63,942 bases of DNA, filler included, from Octopus bimaculoides (GCF_001194135.2; 5 parts of 5 records of this genome joined end to end with filler, not necessarily neighbours in it); one strand, 5' to 3'; counted from the whole stretch's first letter, positions 1-10,405 are shown. Numbers and translations are program-made. Notes: generated by a model not told the origin, from the letters alone.

Positions 1-342
1 TGAGGCCCAATGTTTGAAGATCGTGCCTTACCACCTCATCCCAGGTCTTCCTGGGCCTACCTCTTCCACAGGTTCCCTCAACTGTTAAGGTGTGGCACTT
101 TTTCACACAGCTATCCTCATCCATTCTCGCTACATGACCACACCAGCGCAGTCGTCTCTCTTGCACACTACAACTGATGCTTCGTAAGTTCAACTTTTCT
201 CTCAAGGTACTGACACTCTGTCTAGTATGCACACTGACATTACACATCCATCGGAGCATACTGGCTTCATTCCTTGCGAGCCTACGCATGTCCTCAGCAG
301 TCACGGCCCATGTTTCACTGCCATGAAGCATGGCTGTTCAAA
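1..342 (-). mobile_element. RTE-clade LINE ORF2 C-terminal fragment
   Basis: Homologous to the copies at 5330-5700, 8770-9120 and 12370-12730, which read RLRWYGHVARM..CHTL.VEGTCGRGRPRKTWDEVV. Runs off the window start. Confidence 0.85.
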
Positions 343-389
343 TAGAAAATTAATTATTGCGACGTAAAGTAACTAAGCTTCTATTATGC

Positions 390-700
390 ATAATGTGTAG
401 ACACTCTCTCTCTATCTATCTCTTTACTTCACTCCATCATCCCACAATTCTTCTCTCAGACCCTTAGTCTCTCTTCTACTGTTTTCTCTTTTTCTCTATA
501 AATACATAGACACACACACTCTCTCTTTCTCTCCATCACGCCTCTTGTGTTTTCACTTCTCTCAGCCTCTCAATCTTCCTAAATATATAGACACGTACAT
601 TCTCTCTCTCTCTTCCTCTCTTCTCTCAGCCGCTCAGTCTCTCTAAGTATACAGACACACTTTCTTTCTCTATTTCTTCACTACCCTCCATCACACTGTT
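390..700. repeat. Degenerate CT-rich tandem repeat
   Basis: Four imperfect units, each with (a/t)agacac followed by a CT tract (near 397, 506, 588, 650). Confidence 0.5.
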
Positions 701-755
701 AAAATTTAAAATAAATAAATAAATAGATAGATAAATAAATAAAATATCCATAAGA

Positions 756-1587
756 ATGTCCAGAACCTGGAGGAGCATGGAATTGGCATTGTTTTTGAGA
801 GCCTGGCGCTGTGCTGAAGGAGATAACCCAAACAACATAATCACTGCTGTGCTGAAGAGTAATGGTTACACCAGAACATTAGCACAGATAGAACAAAAGA
901 AGCAGGAGTTTACACGTTCCTATGCTCTCATACGATCCCATATCAGCACCCTTGATGCCATCTTAGATAATGAACACAGCAAAGATGATAAGGATGGAGG
1001 CACGGATGCAGATGTCACCCCAAATGGTAGACACTCAAAAAAACAAAGAAGAAGATTCAAGCGAGAAACCTACCTGGAAAGTAAGCCCAAGTGCAAGTGC
1101 CCCTACCACCATCAAAACGGAAAACCATGGAGGTGAAAGAGCCAAGAAAGAACAACTAAAAGAAGGAAAAACTAAAACAAAAATAATAGACGAAACATCC
1201 AAAGAAAGAAGCAAACCTGACTACCCATATAACAAAAAGGATAAAAAGAGACAGCACACACGAATATGCAAATTCTACTTGAAAGGTGTCTGCTGGCACG
1301 GAGAGGAAGGTGCAGGCTGCCGTTTTGCACACCAAAGACCCTGCCACATAAACATGAAACAGGGTGGAAACCACCTGCCAAAAGGAAAGGACTACACATC
1401 ACCTGCCCCAAAACAGAGGTACGCAGAAGTAGTGCGTGCTACAAACCAGACCTATCAACATGTTGTTGAAAGGGCAGCTGCTGAACAACAATCTTTTTTG
1501 TGCATGGCACAAAAGATGGTGCAGCAACTGACCTGGCTACAATCTCACAGATGGGACTGTCCCCAATACACAAGACCACCACAGTAA
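756..1587 (+). pseudogene. LINE ORF1, frameshifted: N-terminal Myb/SANT-like motif and C-x7-C-x8-C-x3-H zinc finger
   Basis: ORF 756-1136 (W-x3-E-x3-FL-x-AW...LKSNGYTRTLAQIEQKKQEFTRSY) overlaps ORF 970-1587 (CKFYLKGVCWHGEEGAGCRFAH). The frameshift probably lies near the A-run at ~1037. Confidence 0.7.
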
Positions 1588-4445
1588 ATAGACCCAAGGT
1601 GGGCACCACTGGTAACAACACACACATCACGTCGGTGCTCTTACTGAACATCAAAGGAGTGTTAACACTTAGCAACAGGACAAAAATACCTTTCTTGAGA
1701 GACCTTGTTGCATGCAATCAAGCCTTATGCATAGCACTTACGGAGACACACCTGAAATCAGATATAGCAAATGCAGAAATACACATACCACAGTATGTTG
1801 TATTACAGACCGACAGGAAAGAAAGGAGTCATGGTGGAGTTGCTATGTACATCTACGAAGACCTCACACCCCACGTTCTTTTGTCACACTCAAATTCAGT
1901 ATGTGACACACTAACTGTAAATATAAGACAACTCGGTGTAGTTATATATGCTACATATAGCCCTCTAGATGCTCCAAATCATGTAGGCAAGTTTGAAGAC
2001 TGCCTAAGAAAAATAGAAGTTCTAGTCACATTAGAACAACACATAAGTGTACTTCTTATGGGAGACTTCAATCTGCCCAATGTCAGATGGCCTGAGGGCC
2101 TTTCTCTCCCAGGAATGACGCGATACGAACAAGGACAGGTGAAGTCCCTCCTGAACCTCATAAACACTTTGTACATGGAACAAATAGTACTCCAACCAGC
2201 CAGGGCAGGTAGCATACTGGATCTCTGCTTCACAAATAATATGGATCTCATCCATAATGTGAAAGTGACACCGACACTACTCTTTGATCGCAACATGGTA
2301 GAGCTGACCATGTACGGACCAAAAGAAAACTCTCATAATCTTTTCAGCTTGAACTTCCATAAGGCAAACTGGAAACAAATTGAGAAAGAGATCCTCAAAC
2401 AAAACTGGCCTAAATGTCTCTCCTCACGGACATCGACATGAAACTTCAACAATTCATGTCTGTAATGCAAGTCATATGCTACAAATGTGTCCCGGAGAGA
2501 AAGACCACTGTACACAAGAACAAAATTGCCAGGGAGAGGAAAATTCTTATGAAACTGTACAAATGTTTCAAATCGTCTAAACAAACAAATTGAAAGCAGT
2601 GAAAAGTCCCGCATGAAAATACAACTGCTGGAGATTGAAAAAAATCTGCAACTCTCCCATGAAAAAGAAAGAGCAGACAAAGAATCTAACCTCAGAGTTT
2701 TCTACAAGTTTGCCAAAGAAACAGCTTCAGTGCACTGCAGGATAGGGCCACTCCTCGAAAAAGATGGTACACTCACAGGAAACCCAATGAGGAGAAATGA
2801 AATACTAAATGAGCAATTCAAAACTATTTTCACTCCACCTCTAGGGCACTTTCAAATCAGCAATCCAACTGAATTTTTTTTACCACTGCAGATATAAAAA
2901 CAGAGGCAATGATGATCGACTACATCAATATAATGGAAGACGATGTAATAAGGGCTATAGATGAAATGAACCCAAACTCAGCTACTGGCCCTGATGGATT
3001 CCCAGCAATCCTTCTAAAAGTATGTAAGCGAGTCCTAGAAAGACCACTGCAGCCCCTCTTTCAGAGCTTCCTTGCAACTGGCAAACTTCCAAGAAAACTG
3101 AAGGAGGGTAAAATATGCTCTATTCATAAAGGAGGTAACAGAGCGAAGGCCAAGAACTACAGACCTATTTCTCTGACCTCGCACATCAGCAAGGTCATGG
3201 AACGAATAGTCAGAAGAAAACTAATCGCCTTCCTTGAAGAAAATGACTTGCTGCCTGACACCCAAAATGGTTTCCAACCAGGAAGAAGCTGCCTGACTCA
3301 GCTNNNNNNNNNNGCAAAGGCCTTTGATAAAGTCGATCATGGAATGATATGTCACAAACTGCGTGATCTCAGCATAGTTGGAAAATTGGGAGAATGGCTT
3401 CATGACTTTCTGAAGGATAGAAGTCAGGTGGTAGTAGCAAATGGGGCCATCTCCAATGACACGCAAATAGTGAGCGGTGTTCCGCAAGGCAGTTTTAGGA
3501 CCACTACTGTTCATAATGGCCCTCTCAGACATGCCCTCAGCCACACAGAGAGCCACGATCACAAGTTATGCAGATGATACAAAAGTCTCACAGGTAATAC
3601 AGAACCCTGAAGACACTAGGCACCTGCAATGTGAGCTGGATGAAATATACAAGTGGGCTGAAAAGAATAATATGCAGCTTAATGCTGAAAAGTTTCAAGC
3701 CTTGTGCTATCAGCAGACAAAACTAAATGCAATACCCATTAAATACACTGGACCTGGAGGGATTGCAATCCCAGAGGCACAGTCAGTGCGAGACCTGGGC
3801 ATTTACATGAGTAATGATGTATCCTTTCATGTGCATGTTGCTAAATTGGCAATGAAATACAGGCGGCTGACTGGATGGATTCTTAGAACTTTCAGAACAA
3901 GAGATCAGGAAACCATGATGGTCCTGTAGAGGACACTTGTCCAAAGCCACTTTGACTATTGCTCTCAGCTATAGTCACCAACCAGTGTCAAATTAATCTC
4001 AGAACTTGAGGCAATCAAACGAAGCTACATGAAGAAGATAGCCTCTATGCAGCATATAAGCTATTGGGAAAGACTCAAGATATTAAGACTCTATTCCTTA
4101 GAGCGTAGGCGAGAAAGATATGCCATAATATACCTATGGAAGATCCTGGAAGGACTTGTCCCAAACTTTGGCATCGAAAGTTACACAGATACTAGAACTG
4201 GCACCACTGCATAGGGCCAAGGACTCCAAATTAACCATCAAGATGTAGGACAAGATACTGCAATAGCCTAGGCTTCAGAGGTCCACAGCTCTTCAATATC
4301 CTCCCGAAGAACCTGAGAAACCTGCATGGGGTGGATGTAGGTATCTTCAAAATAAAGCTGGACCTCTTCCTGTCAAGTGTCCCAGATGAACCAACTTCGC
4401 AGCAGGGGGCAGCTGCATCAAACTCTCTCATGCACCAAATGTCAA
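1500..4445 (+). pseudogene. LINE ORF2 (APE endonuclease + RT), disrupted
   Basis: ORF-track pieces 1500-2441, 2613-2897, 2909-3577, 3477-3929 and 4029-4214 are collinear parts of one pol-like protein. Confidence 0.9.
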
Positions 4446-4605
4446 TTCCTGAAAAGCATTCATGAAGCAAATTTATGTAGCAACACAAAATGGCAGTGCC
4501 CCAGCATGGACACAGCTAGTGAGCTGAAACTAGATAAAATAAATAAATAAATAAGATAGAAAATATAAATATATAACTATATATATAGATATATATCTAT
4601 ATATA

Positions 4606-5001
4606 GGCGTAGGAGTGGCTGTGTGGTAAGTAGCTTGCTTACTACCACATGGTTCCGGGTTTAGTCCTACTGCGTGGCACCTTGGGCAAGTGTCTTCTAC
4701 TATAGCCTCGGGTCGACCAAAGCTTTGTGAGTGGATTGGGTAGACGGAAATTGAAAGAAGCCCGTGCTATATATGCATATATATATGTATGTTTGTGTGT
4801 CTGTATTTGTCCCCCCAACATCGCTTGACAACCGATGCTGGTGTGTTTACGTCTCCGTAAAATAGTGGTTCGGCAAAATAGACCGATAGAATAAGTACTA
4901 GGCTTACAAAGAATAAGTCCTGGGGTCGAATTGCTCGACTAAAGGCAGTACTCCAGCAGAGCCACAGCCAAATGACTGAAACAAGTAAAAGACTAAAGAG
5001 T
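4606..5001 (+). mobile_element. tRNA-headed SINE, family A (full length)
   Basis: A-box TGGCTGTGTGG, B-box-like GGGTTTAGTCC, CORE-like CCTTGGGCAAGTGTC, internal TA/TG tract, tail ...ctgaaacaagtaaaaga. Matches the copy at 56761. Confidence 0.88.
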
Positions 5002-5109
5002 ATATACATNNNNNNNNNNNNNNNNNNNNNNNNNNNNNNNNNNNNNNNNNNNNNNNNNNNNNNNNNNNNNNNNNNNNNNNNNNNNNNNNNNNNNNNNNNN
5101 NNNNNNNNN

Positions 5110-6345
5110 GCAATGAATTCCGGGTAGAGGTAGGGGTCCACCAAGGTTCCGTCCTCAGGGTGAGAAACTAGAAGTAGTTGATAGCTTCCCCTACCTGTGT
5201 GACCAAGTCTGTTGTGGGGTGGATGCTCTGAGAGCGTTGCCACTAGAATAAGAACAGCCTGAAGAAAGTTCAGAAAGCTCCTTCCTCTGCTGGTGACAAG
5301 AGGCCTCTCACTCAGATTGAAAGGTAGATTGTACAATGCATGTGTGCATACTGCCATGCTACACGGCAGTGAAATATGGGCCATGTCTGTTGAGGAGATA
5401 TGTAGGCTTGAAAGAAATGAAGCCAGTATGATCTGCTGGATGTGTAATGTCAGTGTACACACACAACAGAGTGTAAGTGCCCTGAGAGAAATGCTGGACA
5501 TAAGAAGCATTAGATGTGGCGTGCAAGAGAGATGACTGTACTGGTATGGTCATGTGCTGTGTAAGGATGAAGAGAGCTGTGTGGAGAAGTGTCACAACCT
5601 AACAGTGGAAGGAAGCTGTGGAAGAGGAAGACTCAGGAAAACATAGGATGAGGTGGTGAAGCACGGCCTTTGAATGCTGGGCCTCACAGAGGCAATGACA
5701 AGACCAAGACCTCTGGAGATATGCTGTGATTGAGAAGACCTGACAAGTAAAGTGTGATCGCAGCCATAGCCTATACCAGTGTCACATAACCAGCCCATTT
5801 AAAAAGTACCTTTGAATCATCGGGTGACACACTGTACTTGCAGAGACCTGTTGAGTCAAGTAAAATCAAAGATCAAAATCACAATCAGAATCTGTCAAAT
5901 CGAAATCAAAATGGAAATTGTAGTTGTGGTTGATGCTAGTGCCACCTGACTGGCTCCTGAGCTGGACGCATGCAATAAGTACCATTCATGCATGGATTGT
6001 TGCCAGTGTTGCCAGTGCCACCTGACTGGCTCCCCTTGCAGTGGCATGTAAAAAGCACCATCCAAACATGGTTGATGCCAGCCCCAAGTGGCTCCTGTGC
6101 TGGTAGCATGTAAAAAGCACCATCTGAACGTGGTCAATGCCAGTGCTGCCTGACTGGCTCCCATGCCGGTGGCACATAAAAAGCACCCACTACACTATTG
6201 GAGTGGTTGGTGTTAGGAAGTGCATCCAGCTGCAGAGACCATGCCAGATCAGATGGTGCAGCTTCCTGGCTTGCCTGTCCCCAGTCAAACCGTCCAACCC
6301 ATGCCAGCATGGAAAACGGACTTTAAACGATGATAATGATGATGA
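5110..6345 (+). mobile_element. RTE LINE 3' portion with internal RT deletion, 3'UTR minisatellite and (GAT)n tail
   Basis: VGVHQGSVL is joined directly to GEKLEVVDSF. Then come the C-terminal ORF (5293-5535), 62-66-nt repeats at 5930-6190, the aggaag(t/g)gcatccagc 3'UTR motif and a gatgat tail. Confidence 0.88.
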
Positions 6346-7399
6346 TATATACATAAAATCAAAATAAGCAACAGGATTTCAAGTAGTAATGCAGTATGAC
6401 CGTTTCAAGTGGCTCCATTTAATTGGGTGGTCAATAAATATGAAAAAATGTATTAATAACCATTTTTCATCATTTAGCCTTAGACATAAAACTAATAGTA
6501 TGTCTTTATCTAGTAAGATCTTGGAACCTAAAGAAAGCAGGACCAGGTCTAGCTTTAAATGGGATATAATATGGAGGGTGCAGCCTTATAGAGATAGTTG
6601 ATATGGAAATTCATGAGATTTTTAAGTACAGAAACAGAACAACCTGATTAATAATAAATTAGACTTTAGGGTATCATGCATGCATAGCATCACCAGCACA
6701 TTTAAGTATTTTCGAAACTAATAATATTACATTTATCATACTTGAAGTTTGATGGTGGAAATTAACTTTGGTGCCGTATCCGTTATAACTTACCCTCTAG
6801 TATAAAATATAGGATATTATGTTATATGGTATAGTATATTATATTACATATATTATATGCTATGTGTTATGTTATTTGGTGTACTATATATACTATTATC
6901 CCATGATAACCCCTGCATAGTTAGTCTGACTTCATCTTATTTTGGTGATTACACTATTTTTTCCTTCTATGAATTTCTACCCTACCAGTCATATTATGCA
7001 TATTAGTAGTAATTTTGTGATAGCAAGTCTCCCATGACTAAATTTTATACCCCTAGGAACAATACAATAACACCTGTAATATTACAACTTATAAAACCTC
7101 TTCGGCTTGAATACCATTAATTGCTCTCAATACTTCCATACCTATCACCCCACTTTTTTAGGTTACCATTTATCTTTCCTTGTCTCTAATTTTAACCCCC
7201 TGTTTCTTTATATGCATTTTATATGTATTATTTCTTATAAATTCTTGTTATTTTGTTTTATTTTGGTATGCTTACCTTATAAATCACTTATCCTTTATAA
7301 ATTGTTATTTTTCTTGTTCTTAAATTGATATTTTTTTTCAGCTACTTATGTTTATGCAAAATATTTATACTATATTCTTTTATATATATTTGTGTATAT

Positions 7400-7784
7400 G
7401 TTGTTGGCACTCCGTTGCTTACGACGCCGAGGGTTCCAGTTGATCCGATCAACGGAACAGCCTGCTCATGAAATTAACGTGCAAGTGGCTGAGCACTCCA
7501 CAGACACGTGTACTCTTAACGTAGTTCTCGGGGATATTCAGTGTGACACAGTGTGACACAGTGTGACAAGGCTGACCCTTTGAATTACAGGTACAACAGA
7601 AATAGGAAGTAAGAGTGAGAGAAAGTTGTGGTGAAAGTGTACAGCAGGGTTCGCCACCATCCCCTGCCGGAGCCTCGTAGAGTTTTCGCTCAATAAACAC
7701 TCACAACGCCCGGTCTGGGAATTGAAACCGAGATCTTATGACTGCGAGTCCGCTGCCCTAACCACTGGGCCATTGCGTCTCCAC
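7400..7784 (-). mobile_element. tRNA-headed SINE, family B
   Basis: The minus strand starts gtggagacgcaatggcccagtggttagggcagcgg (A box) with ggtttcaattcc (B box) and ends in an aca tail. Homologous to 39455-39847. Confidence 0.88.
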
Positions 7785-7806
7785 TGTATACATATATACA
7801 CATGTG

Positions 7807-7844
<38 letters not shown>

Positions 7845-8613
7845 AAACCTCTTTTTGTATATGTATCTGTATGCATTATTTTTATACTATTACACCTACT
7901 TATATCGGTACATATTTTCTAGTATATCTATATTTCATTATGTCTATGTATTATCATTATCTTATTATCCTGCTTCTGATTCATTGCTTCAGATCAATAG
8001 ATAGTATGTATATCTTTCCAGATATTCTATATGTAAATGGCTTGAGTGGTCTTTATAGAGACCACCAAATAATTAATTAATTAAGTAAAGAAGAGGTATT
8101 AAATTGATTCTACATAATAGTAATTTTCCTTTTAATGTTTATAATTGATACATACACACCTTTTAGCTATTTTGGTTATGATATCATTTTCTTGAATTTT
8201 TAAAATTTTATTTTATTTTTATACAGCATAATAATACTGCTTATAAACGTTCCCTCATCAAGCCCCTAATATTTTTCCTGTATCTCATTATAGCATCTTA
8301 AGTTTCATAGTGCTTTACCCCTTTAACTGTTAATAACATCATGAATTAAAGCCAACCCTACCCTGCCTTTTTTTTTATAGACAGTTACTTCTATTATACA
8401 CAGTCTTTTAGATAAAGAGATAAGTAAATTTGAAATGAATCTACAACCCTATGACCCCACTATGCTCCATGCTATTCTAAGAAATTGTAGTCTGTTTTCT
8501 TAGCCATTCTTGCTACAATAGTGACAACATGAATTTCTTCCATCTTGCTCTGTTAAAATAGTTAAGAAAATTTATATTAACCTATCTTACCTGTTGAAGT
8601 TCCATATTCTTTG

Positions 8614-8699
8614 TGCAGCTGAAGATAGTGGTGTATTTAAATTGATGTAATGATTGCATTCTTCAATTAAATGGAGCCACTTGAAACGGTCATACTGCA
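8614..8699 (+). ncRNA. Type I hammerhead ribozyme-like motif with extended stem II, probably degenerate
   Basis: Stem I TGCAG(8614-18)/CTGCA(8695-99). Core CTGAAGA(8619-25). Stem II AGTGG/CCACT plus TATTT/AAATG and AATTGA/TCAATT. GAAAC(8683-87), loop GGTC, triplet ATA (G16.2 to A). Confidence 0.65.
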
Positions 8700-8740
8700 T
8701 TACTACTTGAAATCCTGTTGCTTATTTTCATTTATATATT

Positions 8741-9637
8741 GTACGAATAGCCATGTGTACGAATAGCCACGTGTACGAACAGCCATGCTACATGGCAGTG
8801 AAACCTGGGCTGTAACTGCTGAGGACATGTGAAAGGAATGAAGCCAGTATGCTCCGATGGATGTGTAATGTCAGTGTGCATACTCAACAGAGTGTAAGTA
8901 CCTTGAGAGAAAAGTTGAACCTAAGAAGCATCAGTTGTGGTGTGCAAGAAAGACGATTGCGCTGGTATGGTCACGTGGCGAGAATGGATGAGGATAGCTG
9001 TGTGAAAAAATGCCACACACTAGTGGTTGAGGGAACCTGTGGAAGAGGCAGGTTCAGGAAGACCTAGGATGAGGTGGTGAAGCATGACCTCCAAACATTA
9101 GGCCTCACTGAGGCAATGACTTCTGACCAAGACCTTTGGAAATATGCTGTGCGTGAGAAGACCCGGCAAGCCAAGTGAGACCAAAATCCAAGGCCTCTGC
9201 CAGGGATGTAGCCAGCCCACTTATGTGTACCTTTCCTTCATTGNNNNNNNNNNNNNNNNNNNNNNNNNNNNNNNNNNNNNNNNNNNNNNNNNNNNNNNNN
9301 NNNNNNNNNNNNNNNNNNNNNNNNNNNNNNNNNNNNNNNNNNNNNNNNNNNNNNNNNNNNNNNNNNNNNNNNNNNNNNNNNNNNNNNNNNNNNNNNNNNN
9401 NNNNNNNNNNNNNNNNNNNNNNNNNNNNNNNNNNNNNCACCTGACTGGCCTTCATGCCGGTGGCACGTAAAAGCACCCACGACACTCTCAGAGTGGTTGG
9501 CATTAGGAAGGGCATCCAGCTGTAGAAACTCTGCCAAATCAGATTGGAGCCTGGTGTAGCCATCTGGTTCACCAGTCCTCAGTCAAATCGTCCAACCCAT
9601 GCTAGCATGGAAAGCGGATGTTAAACGATGATGATGA
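8741..9637 (+). mobile_element. 5'-truncated RTE LINE (relatively young)
   Basis: ORF 8849-9067 RLRWYGHVARMDEDSCVKKCHTL, RTE 3'UTR and a (GAT)n tail at 9627-9637. CpGs are retained. Contains an internal N gap. Confidence 0.9.
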
Positions 9638-10059
9638 TAGCAAAAATTTAGATTCATTATCAATGGTCTGCTAGTGGGTGACCCCCTTAGTTGTCAGCTA
9701 ACATCTTGTTTTAAGTTTTCCTTTACCAAACCTCATGATATTGCTTCTAATAAATTTTGATTTTTATGATTATACCAACTATGATTTCTGTCTGCTCCCT
9801 TAGATTCCACCCTTTGTTCTCTCAGCCTTAGATATACAAGGATTTGATAAACTAGTCTATAAATTAAAACTGACCCCATAAAAATAAAAAAATCAGTGAC
9901 AGTCAGAGTCTTTAACAATGTATATCTTCTTGATAACTTAGTAACTTTTATGCTGGAGTGGAGACAGCATGTTCTCTGTCTATCTCCTTAACTTGGAGAT
10001 TTTAGGTATTATTATATTAATGTGCCCATCTGTTTTAATTTAATTAAATTCTATGTTTG

Positions 10060-10146
10060 TGCAGCTGAGGATTGGTCTGCATTTTAAATTGATGTAATAA
10101 TTGCCTTGTTCAATTAAATGGAGTTGCATGAAACAATCGTACTGCA
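10060..10146 (+). ncRNA. Second, diverged copy of the hammerhead-like motif
   Basis: TGCAG-CTGAGGA...GAAAC-AATC-GTA-CTGCA. Core and GUA triplet are intact, but the base of stem II has decayed. 10045-10178 aligns with 8600-8728. Confidence 0.6.
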
Positions 10147-10175
10147 TTACCTCTGGATATCCTTGTTGCTTATTT

Positions 10176-10215
<40 letters not shown>

Positions 10216-10405
10216 CAAATGAAAGACAGAAGATGGAATATATAAGAATTTATTAATTATGACAATTGTTTTGACATATCTAGCATCGGTTCCTCTTAGG
10301 TGGGACACTCAGCATTGGCGGTGCAGATGTGTCTCATCGGGTAGTAAATAAATAAACAGAACTCATTGAAATGGCTGTTCTGCAATGTAACTTGCTCTTT
10401 TGTAG

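Larger units (their letters stand above)
756..4553 (+). mobile_element. Near full-length decayed non-LTR retrotransposon (CR1/L2/Daphne-like group): ORF1 plus ORF2 with APE endonuclease and reverse transcriptase
   Basis: APE motifs (LLNIKG, LTETHL, LMGDFNLP, LDLCF) at 1640-2290. RT motifs (ATGPDGFP, KNYRPISLTS, KAFDKVDH, SGVPQG/SVLGPLLF, YADD) at 2980-3580. C-terminus YSLERRRERY..YLWKI. Multiple frameshifts and stops. (TAAA)n tail at 4535-4553. Confidence 0.92.
6361..8728 (+). mobile_element. Putative Penelope-like element segment bounded by a perfect 65-bp inverted repeat
   Basis: 6361-6425 is the exact reverse complement of 8664-8728. The right end carries a hammerhead-like motif. The interior is AT-rich with only a weak PLE-like ORF end (...NLFGLN near 7110). 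Confidence 0.55.

Noticed and set aside
5930-6190. Regularly spaced ~64-nt repeats resembling a CRISPR array (also 24540-24830)
   Set aside because: Whole units are homologous with no unique spacers, the context is a eukaryotic RTE 3'UTR, and there are no cas genes.
7700-7784. tRNA-like sequences with A and B boxes (also 4606, 39455, 56761)
   Set aside because: They continue into SINE bodies and lack a proper acceptor stem, so they are SINE heads rather than tRNA genes.
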